DNA of 64,000 nt from Synechococcales cyanobacterium VAR_4_metabat_354 (lineage in GTDB: Bacteria > Cyanobacteriota > Cyanobacteriia > Cyanobacteriales > Chamaesiphonaceae), in NCBI GenBank assembly GCA_031414775.1, contig JANOQI010000024.1:1-64000 (forward strand), given 5' to 3'. Below, piece after piece: positions 1 to 8,958 of the stretch (positions within the stretch are counted from its first letter, which is position 1; each line of letters starts with the position of its first letter). The notes beneath the pieces were generated by a model. That model made no database searches. It had not been told where the DNA came from and worked only from the letters and a program-made list of their open reading frames with translations. Position numbers and translations under genes: made by a program.

Positions 1-136
1 GCGGTAATTTAGAGGCAACTCGTAATTCTTGCAGGGTTCTTTCTTGCTCTGAAGTGAGACTGATTCTGAGTGGAGCTGGCATAACACTTAATTAGTTTTT
101 CTATCTTCATCATACTTTTATTGTGGGCATTCTACT
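1..136 (-). mobile_element. Left end of an IS630-family element (transposase start MPAPLRISLTSEQERTLQELRVASKLP..., ATG at 82), running off the window edge
   Basis: Minus-strand ORF from 82 resembles the N-terminus of cyanobacterial IS630 transposases. The element begins right after a TA (137-138), the IS630 target dinucleotide, and interrupts another IS630 reading frame. Confidence 0.7.
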
Positions 137-600
137 TACCACCAACTTCTTGCTGGTATGAAAACGGCCATTGTCCACCTGAATAATATTGAGGCTATCC
201 GGATAAACCTGGGAAAATTTATCCAAAAATATCTGAAAGCACTCAGTCTCTACATGAGAGAATTGCAGAAAAAAAGACTCTCCTGTAGCAGGTTCCACAG
301 CCCCATATAGCCAGAAGGCCCTAAACAACCATTGCCATTCCCCAATTGGAAAGCCTCTTCTGCCCATTTTGGAATAATTCTTCTTCCTCCACCAGGTTTA
401 CTTTTAACTATTTCCAATGCGGGTAGTCCTTCTTCTCGATAGATTCTTAACCACTCTTGTAATGTGCCTTGATGTTTCCCAACTGCTTTCGCTATATTGC
501 TGATACTTAGTGCCTTTTCCTGTTTCAGCCAATACAACATTTGTAGGCGCTCTTTAACAATCGGTTGGCTAGCTTGATGTAATCGTTTGGTATTAGTTGT
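137..600 (-). pseudogene. Degraded IS630-family transposase (HTH fragment plus DDE_3 fragment, internal deletion and frame break, 3' end interrupted)
   Basis: ORF 250-540 has KERLQMLYWLK...HTH...WLRIYREEGL. ORF 110-367 has WLYGAVEPATGESFF...IIQVDNGRFH (DDE core). The two are in different frames and the middle of the protein is missing. Confidence 0.85.
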
Positions 601-648
601 CGCCCAGATCTAAAATATAATGGGGCGACTATTCAATCGATATCTCCT

Positions 649-1965
649 ATGAAATGTATTAGCTGTAATACCGACAATAATCTTAAAGATCGTACAGCCA
701 ATATGGGGCGGTGCAAAAATTGCAACCATCGGTTTGTATTTGAACCAACAGCCATGCCGACAGCGACGAAGTTGACCGATCCTTTTTTTGCCAAGCTAAT
801 TATAGATCTTTCGGCTAACAACACTTTGTTTTTTACGCCCCGCCAACTCTATTATTTGTTAGATAAAAAACTGCGATCGCGAGAGAGCCGGATGGGTTCT
901 AGTCTAATCAGTATTTTTGTTGGTTTCCCAGTGGTAGTATTTTTGATTTTTTGGATCACCGGTTTTTTTCAACTTTCTTACAGCACGGTGGCACCAGTTT
1001 TATTCATTATCTATGCCGCTTTATTTATTTGGGGTGCTGCCCAAAATAGTGTTTCACGCCAGCTTAATCGTCGTGCGCGCCAAAATAGTATCAAAGCGCT
1101 GAAAATCTTGGCCGGAGTTTTGTTACTCATTGGTTTACCATTTAGTATCATCATCAACACCATGCCAGGAATAATTGCAGCGATCTGTCTAGGCTGTAGT
1201 GCAGCTTGGCTGAGTTTAGATCGACAACGCCAACAGGGCAAAATCTTTGATGAATTTTTGATCGATCAAGATCAATTTAGTACTTGGCTGAATCAATGGA
1301 TAAATATTAATAGCCAGCCAGAAAAAATGTTGCCAGAGCCAAGGGCGATCCGTTTACCTGCTACGCCCAATCTAGAAGTGGCTGCTTATAGCTTCGATCG
1401 GGTAGTGGTTTGTAATAGTATTCAAGTCGCTCAAATTCTAATTAACAATAACTTTCACTTTGAAAATAACTGTGCAATTTTAACTATTGATGGCTACCCC
1501 GAAAGTATTTTCATCACTACGATGCAAATGCTACGTCGCAATCCAGATTTGAAAGTTTATGCCCTACATGACTGTTCACCTACTGGTGTACAAATGATCT
1601 CACAACTACGCCACCAAGATAATTGGTTTCCTGACATTACCATCCCGATTATTGATGTAGGCATTCTACCTCGACAAATCATGAATAATATGGATGCTAT
1701 AACTCGTCAATCCAGCAGAGCAGCCAGTGCAGCTCAGGTTTTAGCGGCTGACGTAAGGGCTAGTTTAAATACAGATGAATTACAATGGTTAGATGATGGT
1801 TGCTATCTAGCATTAGAGTCTTTTTCACCGCAAAAACTCATTGAAATCTTACAAAGAGCAATCAATACCAGCAACAAGCTAGGTCTAGTTGAAAGTAATA
1901 ACATCATAATTAGTGACAACTATACACCTTATTCAGGTTTTTATACAGTTGATAGCTTTGGTTAA
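649..1965 (+). CDS. Membrane protein: N-terminal CxxC...CxxC zinc ribbon, TPRQLYY motif, about 4 TM helices, C-terminal Spo11/TopoVI-A-like TOPRIM domain (degenerate)
   Basis: C3,C6,C22,C25; FFTPRQLYY (63-69); hydrophobic segments at about aa 85-190; NNCAILTIDGYP, VYALHDCSPTG, IIDVGILPRQI, ELQWLDDGCYLALESF. Confidence 0.75.
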   Translation: MKCISCNTDNNLKDRTANMGRCKNCNHRFVFEPTAMPTATKLTDPFFAKLIIDLSANNTLFFTPRQLYYLLDKKLRSRESRMGSSLISIFVGFPVVVFLIFWITGFFQLSYSTVAPVLFIIYAALFIWGAAQNSVSRQLNRRARQNSIKALKILAGVLLLIGLPFSIIINTMPGIIAAICLGCSAAWLSLDRQRQQGKIFDEFLIDQDQFSTWLNQWININSQPEKMLPEPRAIRLPATPNLEVAAYSFDRVVVCNSIQVAQILINNNFHFENNCAILTIDGYPESIFITTMQMLRRNPDLKVYALHDCSPTGVQMISQLRHQDNWFPDITIPIIDVGILPRQIMNNMDAITRQSSRAASAAQVLAADVRASLNTDELQWLDDGCYLALESFSPQKLIEILQRAINTSNKLGLVESNNIIISDNYTPYSGFYTVDSFG

Positions 1966-2055
1966 AGAGTTTTGAGTTGACTGAAATCATTAAATGATAG
2001 ATAGTCACTGTGGTTTAAAATACAATGAAGCGCATGTCTAATCGACAACCGTATT

Positions 2056-3399
2056 ATGAAATGTATTAAATGTAGTGCCGAAAATAATCTTCAGGAACGG
2101 ACTATTAATGTCGGTAGGTGTAAAAGCTGTCAACATCAATTTGTTTTTACAAACAAGTCGATGTCGTCAACAACTAAATTGACTGATTTCTTTTTCGCCC
2201 AGTTATTAGATGAAATATCGGCAAAGAGAACTTTGTTTTTTACTTCCCATCAACTTTATTATTTGCTGAATAAGAGATTACAATCACGCACAACCAAAAT
2301 TAGTCTAGTTCAAGATTTGTTCAAGTATTTGGTCTGTGGACCATTGGTGATCATCGCCCTGAGTTTGTTGGGTACTAATTTCCTCAAGCTCCCTATTGAC
2401 TTATTAATAACGATACTAACGATACTACTGAGCATCTACACTCTGGGAGTAGTCGTAACGATCGCGCAAAGTAGTGTTTCCCATCAGCTAAATCGTCGCG
2501 ATCGACAAAGCAAGGCGCAAGCTCTAAAAATACTCGCTGGATTATTATTGTTGATTGGTCTACCCATTAGTATTGTGGCTCACTCATTGCTAGGGATTAC
2601 AACAACACTCGGAGCCGGTTTAATGGCAATTTTATTGAGCCTAGAGCAACAGCGTCAGCAACGTCATATTGCCGATATTTTTTTGATTAGCAAAGATCAA
2701 TTTAAAGAGTATTTGAGCCAGTGGGTCAAAATTAATGGTGAGCCAGTCAAGATTTTATCTCAAAAACCAATGGCAATCTTAGCGTCTAGTCCCAATTCAG
2801 AGGCTACAACTTATCGGTTCGAGTCCAAAACTGAGCAATTTGATCGAGTAGTAGTTTGCAATCGACCAGCAGTTGCCCAACTTTTAATTCGTAATAACTT
2901 TCAGTCTGAAAATAGCTGTGCAGTTTTAACTATTGATGGCTACCCCGAAAGCACTTTTTCCACCACGATGGAGACGCTATACCGAAACCCACGACTAAAA
3001 GTTTATGCTCTGCATGATGGCTCACCCCATGGAATTCAGATGATTTACCGTCTGCGGCAAGAGGAGATTTGGTTTCCTAATACCACTATCCCCATTATTG
3101 ATGTGGGTATTATGCCTCGTCAGGTAATGAACAATCTAGATGTGAGTAATGGTCAATCTAACAAAGTTGCTCAAGCAGCTCGTCGAATGCCTGCGACTGT
3201 TCGGGACAGTTTGCTTCCAGATGAAATAAGATGGCTAGATATGGGTTGCTATCTAGATCTAGAGTCTTTCTCATCTGAGCAAATAATTCAAATTTTGCAG
3301 CGAGCAATCTATGAAAGTCGTCAATTAACTGAAATTGACGATATGTTTAATTCAGACGGCTCTGATACAGATTTTTATTTATTAGAAAATTTTGAATAG
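2056..3399 (+). CDS. Tandem paralog of 649-1965 (zinc ribbon, TM helices, TOPRIM-like domain)
   Basis: Collinear with the upstream gene: MKCIKC...RCKSC, FFTSHQLYY, CAVLTIDGYPES, VYALHDGSPHG, IIDVGIMPRQV. Confidence 0.75.
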   Translation: MKCIKCSAENNLQERTINVGRCKSCQHQFVFTNKSMSSTTKLTDFFFAQLLDEISAKRTLFFTSHQLYYLLNKRLQSRTTKISLVQDLFKYLVCGPLVIIALSLLGTNFLKLPIDLLITILTILLSIYTLGVVVTIAQSSVSHQLNRRDRQSKAQALKILAGLLLLIGLPISIVAHSLLGITTTLGAGLMAILLSLEQQRQQRHIADIFLISKDQFKEYLSQWVKINGEPVKILSQKPMAILASSPNSEATTYRFESKTEQFDRVVVCNRPAVAQLLIRNNFQSENSCAVLTIDGYPESTFSTTMETLYRNPRLKVYALHDGSPHGIQMIYRLRQEEIWFPNTTIPIIDVGIMPRQVMNNLDVSNGQSNKVAQAARRMPATVRDSLLPDEIRWLDMGCYLDLESFSSEQIIQILQRAIYESRQLTEIDDMFNSDGSDTDFYLLENFE

Positions 3400-3400
3400 G

Positions 3401-5104
3401 CTAGCGATTTTGGTCAGAATTAATTTGCAGCCACATTTCTAAACTAACTAACAACCACAATTTTGCGCCGTAGCGACCCCAAATATCACCTCGGAAATTC
3501 AACCATTCTTTAACTACAGTTTGATTAATATAAGGTGCAATCTTTGCCTGTCGATCGAGCAATAAAGATCGGGCTTGACACTGCCAATATTTCCGAAATC
3601 CCAGCTGAACCGGCACCATCATGCCACTTTTTGGTCGATCGATAATTAATGCTGGTAGTAGATCGGCCACCGCCTGCTTCAACACTGCTTTCTCCTGTAC
3701 TCCTGATAGCTTATATTCTGGCGGAATTGTCATACTCATTTCTACAATGCGGCGATCGAACAAAGGCGATCGACCTTGTAAACTAACTGCCTGCGTCAAA
3801 TTATTTACCTTAGTCAAAATTTGGTCGGCTCCCTTAAACTTAATATTCAGAGCCATCAACCGATTGAGATAGTTCATCTCCGAATTTAAATCGGCCTCAA
3901 ATACCCATGACTCTTGTACCTGTTGCCAAATTTCTGGCTGGAGTAATTGCGGCAAGTCCGCTGCACATTTTTGGAAAGATATTAAATAAGCCTGTAATGG
4001 ATCATGATTAGCTACCGCTCCATACAGACTATTAATCAACATCGGCTGATTCTTAGGACCGCCAAAACAAGGATCACCACCCTCGCCATTAAGCGTTACC
4101 TGCACATCGCGGCTAGCCAGTTGACCGACTAACAAATTAGGTACTGTCAATGGATCACCGATCGGATCATCCAAATAAGCCATTGTTTGGGGCAATTGTT
4201 CCCACATTTGCCGTAAAGTAATTTCTAAAATGTGGTGCTGCGTTTGGCAATGAGCCGCTACCAGCCCAGAAAATTCTAATTCATTGGCCGACTTGGTGCC
4301 AAAGTGAATCGAATAAGTATGCACTGGGGCATTATGTAGCTTGCTAGCCAAAGCCGTGATACAGCTAGAGTCTAGACCGCCAGATAAAAATACGCCCACC
4401 GCCTCGGTAGCAGGCAGATATTCGATCATCACTTGTTCCAAGAGCGATCGCAATTCACCACCATGCCACTCCAGAGATGCTGGGGCAGTTACTTGTTCTT
4501 GTAGTTGCCAGTAAGCACTAATGTTTCCGCCTGGTAGTTGCCAAATATGACCTGGGCGCAATTCCTGCACATCTTGCCATAAAGTTCGATCGCCAGGGAC
4601 AAAAGAACAGGTCAAATAGTCGCGCAATGCTACTAAATCTAGTTGAGGCGATCGATAGGAATTCAGAGCACTTAACTGTGGGGCAATCCATTGGGTCGCA
4701 CTGTTGGTGGTGTAATAGATTGTTCTGCTGCCCACTGCATCGCGTATCAGCAACAGCTGTTGCGATGCCCTTTCCCACACAGCCAAACACCACATTCCTT
4801 GCAATATATCTAGGGTTTTTAGTCCCCACTTTTCCCATAGGCGTGCGACTAACTCCAGATCATCCATTTCATGCCGATGATCTAACTTATCCAATAATGT
4901 TCTTCGATTACTCAACCATAGATCACCGATCACTACCAACTGATTATTAGGACTAATCACCCAATTTTTAGCGATGACGATCGACAACTTCCCCTCCTGC
5001 CAAATCACGTCCTGGTCTGTAACTTCACCCCAAGCTAGTAGCCATGATGGTGAAAGTGGCCGTACTCGACAGTTAGATTTTATTCTAAAGTTTAAAAAGT
5101 TCAC
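3401..5104 (-). CDS. Asparagine synthetase (AsnB)-like ATP pyrophosphatase family protein with a degenerate Ntn domain
   Basis: LIRDAVGSRTIYY, GVFLSGGLDSS PP-loop, GEGGDPCFGG, RSPLFD, EKAVLKQA, RPKSG. No N-terminal catalytic Cys. GTG start. Confidence 0.85.
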   Translation of the reverse strand: MNFLNFRIKSNCRVRPLSPSWLLAWGEVTDQDVIWQEGKLSIVIAKNWVISPNNQLVVIGDLWLSNRRTLLDKLDHRHEMDDLELVARLWEKWGLKTLDILQGMWCLAVWERASQQLLLIRDAVGSRTIYYTTNSATQWIAPQLSALNSYRSPQLDLVALRDYLTCSFVPGDRTLWQDVQELRPGHIWQLPGGNISAYWQLQEQVTAPASLEWHGGELRSLLEQVMIEYLPATEAVGVFLSGGLDSSCITALASKLHNAPVHTYSIHFGTKSANELEFSGLVAAHCQTQHHILEITLRQMWEQLPQTMAYLDDPIGDPLTVPNLLVGQLASRDVQVTLNGEGGDPCFGGPKNQPMLINSLYGAVANHDPLQAYLISFQKCAADLPQLLQPEIWQQVQESWVFEADLNSEMNYLNRLMALNIKFKGADQILTKVNNLTQAVSLQGRSPLFDRRIVEMSMTIPPEYKLSGVQEKAVLKQAVADLLPALIIDRPKSGMMVPVQLGFRKYWQCQARSLLLDRQAKIAPYINQTVVKEWLNFRGDIWGRYGAKLWLLVSLEMWLQINSDQNR

Positions 5105-5205
5105 GGGTCATAACGCCTATAGACATTGACAATTTGTTTGGGCAACACTTTCGGCTATCAATTGCAGGCTAAAAAGTACAAAACTAATTTAGCGCCTCAA
5201 GCGAA

Positions 5206-5232
5206 AGGGGCAAAGCCAACGGCTTTGCCCCT
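5206..5232 (-). terminator. Intrinsic terminator-like hairpin after 5260-5877
   Basis: Perfect 12-bp stem AGGGGCAAAGCC-aac-GGCTTTGCCCCT, with only a short T run on the minus strand. Confidence 0.6.
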
Positions 5233-5259
5233 CTATTGAAGTTGTTAGCTAGCTATTAA

Positions 5260-5877
5260 TTAGCGAGCTGCTTCTACCAATTTGCCTAAAACAACCTGCG
5301 CTGCTTTTTGGCCAGCTGGAAAGCTTTGGACAATATTATTTAGCTCAGATCCAGGCTTGCCAACTGCTTGACTACTATCAGTCAAGGCTCTGAGATAGTT
5401 GTTGTAAGAACTGACTGCACCAGAAAGCACTGCCGAGTTGATGGCACCATCACCACCTCTAAGACCTTGCATCGACATAGCCAGCTGCTTAGCGGAATCA
5501 CCACCACCTAAGGCGGTGACAAAACCACCCACTGCTGGTGCATCGGAGCCAGCTGGAGAGCTGATTACATCAAAAGCAACCTGCGCAGCCGCTGGGTCAA
5601 CATTAACGGTATTGCCACCAACCGGTTGGCTACCACTGATGCTAGAAGCCGTTAGTGTGGCACCAACAGCATTAACCTTCGATTGAATTTCGGGACTGAA
5701 ACTAGCACTACCACTTTTACTGCCAGTGCCGCCACCAGAAACACCGCGTACCGAGTCGCTACCGACGGGGGCATTACCAAAGCCATCAAAGTCACCAGGA
5801 AGAGGTACTGCCTGAACAGAGAGCGGTAGAAGAACTGCCGCTAAAATAGCTAACGACACAACATTTTTAATTTTCAT
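5260..5877 (-). CDS. Secreted Gly/Ser/Ala-rich protein of unknown function
   Basis: Sec signal peptide MKIKNVVSLAILAAVLLPLSVQA, low-complexity Gly/Ser linker, helical C-terminal part. Confidence 0.8.
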   Translation of the reverse strand: MKIKNVVSLAILAAVLLPLSVQAVPLPGDFDGFGNAPVGSDSVRGVSGGGTGSKSGSASFSPEIQSKVNAVGATLTASSISGSQPVGGNTVNVDPAAAQVAFDVISSPAGSDAPAVGGFVTALGGGDSAKQLAMSMQGLRGGDGAINSAVLSGAVSSYNNYLRALTDSSQAVGKPGSELNNIVQSFPAGQKAAQVVLGKLVEAAR

Positions 5878-5911
5878 GACAAACCACAGAGTTGAACAAG
5901 AATAAAAATCT

Positions 5912-5957
5912 GAAAAAGTAAAGAACCCTATTGAGCAACAGGGTTCTTTACTTTTTC
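5912..5957. terminator. Long stem-loop between the SLH/beta-barrel gene and the secreted-protein gene
   Basis: GAAAAAGTAAAGAACCCT...AGGGTTCTTTACTTTTTC, an 18-bp inverted repeat with A/T tails on both sides. Confidence 0.7.
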
Positions 5958-7561
5958 TAGAACTTGAAGCCTAAACCGCCGCTAACAGCAAAACGGGATT
6001 CTTCCCCACTAATTCTGTCACCAGTAACATCTAAGATGGCGGGAGTGACCTGGAATCCAACGTTATCACTCAGTTGGAAGGTGAGGGGTAAGCCTAAGTT
6101 GAAATTGCGACCATTGTAATCTGCAACTAAGCCAACGTTCTCGGAAACCCGGAAGCCTAAGCTACCGAAGATACTAGTTTCATCGTTGTTGACATTGGCA
6201 AGAATAGCTGAAACTGGACGAAAACGGCCATTACCGATACCTACGGAGGCTGTGAAGTTGTTGGTATCACTAACTGGTAAAACACCGGTTAGAACTCCAT
6301 AGAAAGTCTCTCTAGTGGGATCAGAGTCGAATCTGATGGCATTTTCCCAACCAGCGGCAACTGCTACGTTATCACCAAACTGTTTGTGCAGCTTGAAGTT
6401 AACACCACCGCGATCGAACAATCCTTGGGAAGTATTAGCAGGGGGGCTAGTACTATCACCGTAACCATTAGTACTGTAAGAAGTCTCTAACCCGATCGCA
6501 TTAACGCTATCACCAATCCCAAAACCAGCTGTTAAACCAAAAGCTTCAGTGTTATTACCAAGAACGGGCTTAAGTCTATCTTGGTAGCCAGCACCGATAA
6601 ATAGATCACCGCTATTAGCACCAAAACCAGTAGGTGTGGTCAAGCCGCCAACTGGAGCATTAGAAGGCTTCTTGGCAGTGGTTTCAATGCCAGGTAAGTT
6701 ACCAACACCAGCGCGATTCTGAATATCTTGTTCAGTAATGGCTACGCCGGTACCGCCACAGCTAACAATGTATTTTTGGGCTGGGTTATTGCTATCCAGA
6801 GCGGTTAGTTTACCAGAAGCTACCAAAGCTTGGTGGATAAAGGCGGCGACATCAGCACGAGTAGCAACACCATTAGGATTAAAAGTCTTTCCTTCTGGAT
6901 AAGAAACACTAACAGCTAAGCATTTCTGAGTAGCAGCTACTAAGGCATCACGGCCAAAGCTGGGTACCTGAGCTGAGTCTGAAAACAGATCATCAACCTT
7001 CGGACCAGCAGCATCGGCTTGTAATTTGTTGCCGTTGGTAATTGATACTAAGGATTCAATCCGGACGATGTTTTGAGTTGGACCGAATCTGTTGTTTGGA
7101 TAGCCAGACAAGAAACCAGAACGATAAGCTTTATCGATCGCGGATGCGCCCCAGAATTTTTTCGGTACATCTGGAAAAGCGCGGGATTCTCTGGTGGGCT
7201 GTAGGTCAAAAGCCTTAGTCAATAGAGCGGCAAATTCAGCTCTGTTGACAGGTTGGTCTGGGCGAAAAGAGCCATCGGGATAACCAGCGATAATTCCTTT
7301 TTCTACCAATACCTTAATAAAAGGTTCTGCCCAGTTACCAGCAACATCACTGGCCTGTGCAATTTTGTTCTCGGTCGCAGCAGCAGCTGGTAGATTTTTT
7401 TCTACAGTATTGGCAGCTACTTTTTGTGAAACTACTGGAGCTGCTTTGACTTCAGACAGGCTAGCAGCAAAGGCTGCGTTACCAGAAATGATGGAGGCAC
7501 TTAGGAAAGTCCCCAACAGAAGAATGTTTTTGCAGTTGATCTGGCGTTTTTTCTGATTCAT
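5957..7561 (-). CDS. S-layer homology (SLH) domain protein with a C-terminal outer-membrane beta-barrel
   Basis: Signal peptide; three SLH repeats (GYPDGSFRPDQPVNRAEFA, GYPNNRFGP, FNPNGVATRADVAA); alternating beta-strand pattern ending in GLGFKF with a terminal Phe (BamA beta-signal). Confidence 0.85.
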   Translation of the reverse strand: MNQKKRQINCKNILLLGTFLSASIISGNAAFAASLSEVKAAPVVSQKVAANTVEKNLPAAAATENKIAQASDVAGNWAEPFIKVLVEKGIIAGYPDGSFRPDQPVNRAEFAALLTKAFDLQPTRESRAFPDVPKKFWGASAIDKAYRSGFLSGYPNNRFGPTQNIVRIESLVSITNGNKLQADAAGPKVDDLFSDSAQVPSFGRDALVAATQKCLAVSVSYPEGKTFNPNGVATRADVAAFIHQALVASGKLTALDSNNPAQKYIVSCGGTGVAITEQDIQNRAGVGNLPGIETTAKKPSNAPVGGLTTPTGFGANSGDLFIGAGYQDRLKPVLGNNTEAFGLTAGFGIGDSVNAIGLETSYSTNGYGDSTSPPANTSQGLFDRGGVNFKLHKQFGDNVAVAAGWENAIRFDSDPTRETFYGVLTGVLPVSDTNNFTASVGIGNGRFRPVSAILANVNNDETSIFGSLGFRVSENVGLVADYNGRNFNLGLPLTFQLSDNVGFQVTPAILDVTGDRISGEESRFAVSGGLGFKF

Positions 7562-7739
7562 AGCTTAAAAAAACTCACTCCCCACTAAAAAATAATGGTT
7601 TAGTTTTTAACCCTTAAAGGACATTATTAGTATTGTACGACCATTTTGTTCTGGATTGTGTTCCCACTTTTGGTGCGATTTCAATCTCTACTGGCTGTGA
7701 CATACTTATATATTTACAATAGTACCCAAGGAAGTTGCC

Positions 7740-8459
7740 ATGTTAACTCTCGGTGTGAATATCGACCACGTAGCAACTATTCGACAAGCCCGAGGCGGTA
7801 ACGAGCCGGAGCCAGTGACAGCAGCACTTCTGGCCGAAATGGCTGGGGCTGATGGCATTACAGCTCACTTACGAGAAGATCGCCGTCATATTCAGGATCG
7901 GGATGTGCGAATTTTGCGGGAAGTGGTTACCACTCATCTCAATTTAGAAATGGCTGCTACCGATGAAATGGTGAGGATTGCCCTGGCGCTTCAACCTGAC
8001 TATGTAACGCTGGTGCCAGAGCGTCGGGAAGAAGTTACCACGGAGGGCGGATTAGATGTGGTAGGACAACTAGATAAAATACAAAGTGCTGTCGATCGAC
8101 TACAGTCGGCGCAGATTCCGGTGAGCTTGTTTATTGATGCTGATTCGCCCCAAATCAAAGCTGCTCAAGCGACCGCTGCTCAGTTTATTGAAATCCACAC
8201 CGGTTGCTATGCTAATGCCCAAGATGCTACCACTGTAGAAAAAGAACTAAAAGTAATTCGGGAGGGCTGTGCGGAGGCGATCAATCTCGGTTTGCGGGTG
8301 AATGCTGGCCATGGCTTAACATATCAAAATGTTTATCCGATCGCCATTTTGCCCGGGATGGAAGAATTGAACATTGGTCATTCGATTATCAGCCGCGCAG
8401 TTTTAGTGGGGATCGATCGAGCCATTCAGGAAATGAAGCTGGCAATGCGCGGTGGCTAA
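7740..8459 (+). CDS. pdxJ: Pyridoxine 5'-phosphate synthase
   Basis: [48 protein letters not shown]. Confidence 0.98.
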   Translation: MLTLGVNIDHVATIRQARGGNEPEPVTAALLAEMAGADGITAHLREDRRHIQDRDVRILREVVTTHLNLEMAATDEMVRIALALQPDYVTLVPERREEVTTEGGLDVVGQLDKIQSAVDRLQSAQIPVSLFIDADSPQIKAAQATAAQFIEIHTGCYANAQDATTVEKELKVIREGCAEAINLGLRVNAGHGLTYQNVYPIAILPGMEELNIGHSIISRAVLVGIDRAIQEMKLAMRGG

Positions 8460-8579
8460 ACACGGAAATAGCTTGAGGAGGAAGAAGCTTCACAAACAGT
8501 AATTTTTCTGAGCTACCTAGCCTGTTACATTGTCTCTAAGATTAAGATTTATTCCTTCAGACCAATACCTCGACACGCA

Positions 8580-8906
8580 ATGCAGACTTATCACTACATC
8601 TTGGCCAGCCAAAACTTTTTGCTGGAAGAAGAACCCCTTGCCGAAGTACTTAAAGAGCGCACTCGCAACTATCACGAGCAGGAAAAAGAAATTGATTTTT
8701 GGCTAGTCAAACAGCCCGCTTTCTTGGAATCTCCTGAAATGGCTGCTCACAAAGCCAAATGCCCTCAGCCCAGCGTTGCTGTAATCTCTACTAATGCCCA
8801 GTTTATTACTTGGTTAAAACTGCGTTTAGAGTACGTGCTAGTGGGGGAGTTTGCCGCCCCAGTGGCAACTATTCCTGACCCTTTATCATCTTTAGTTACT
8901 GTCTAG
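8580..8906 (+). CDS. ycf54: MgPME-cyclase auxiliary protein Ycf54
   Basis: ASQNFLLEEEPLAEVLKER...IDFWLVKQPAFL...FITWLKLRL. Confidence 0.95.
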   Translation: MQTYHYILASQNFLLEEEPLAEVLKERTRNYHEQEKEIDFWLVKQPAFLESPEMAAHKAKCPQPSVAVISTNAQFITWLKLRLEYVLVGEFAAPVATIPDPLSSLVTV

Positions 8907-8958
8907 AGTTTGGTTAATGCTAGTGAGAAACTCCAGGATTTACATCTCCTTAGTCTCA

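Noticed and set aside
3401..5877. Lasso-peptide cluster around the AsnB-like gene
   Set aside because: No RRE/PqqD gene, transglutaminase-like peptidase or short precursor ORF was found. The upstream gene encodes a 205-aa Sec-secreted protein.
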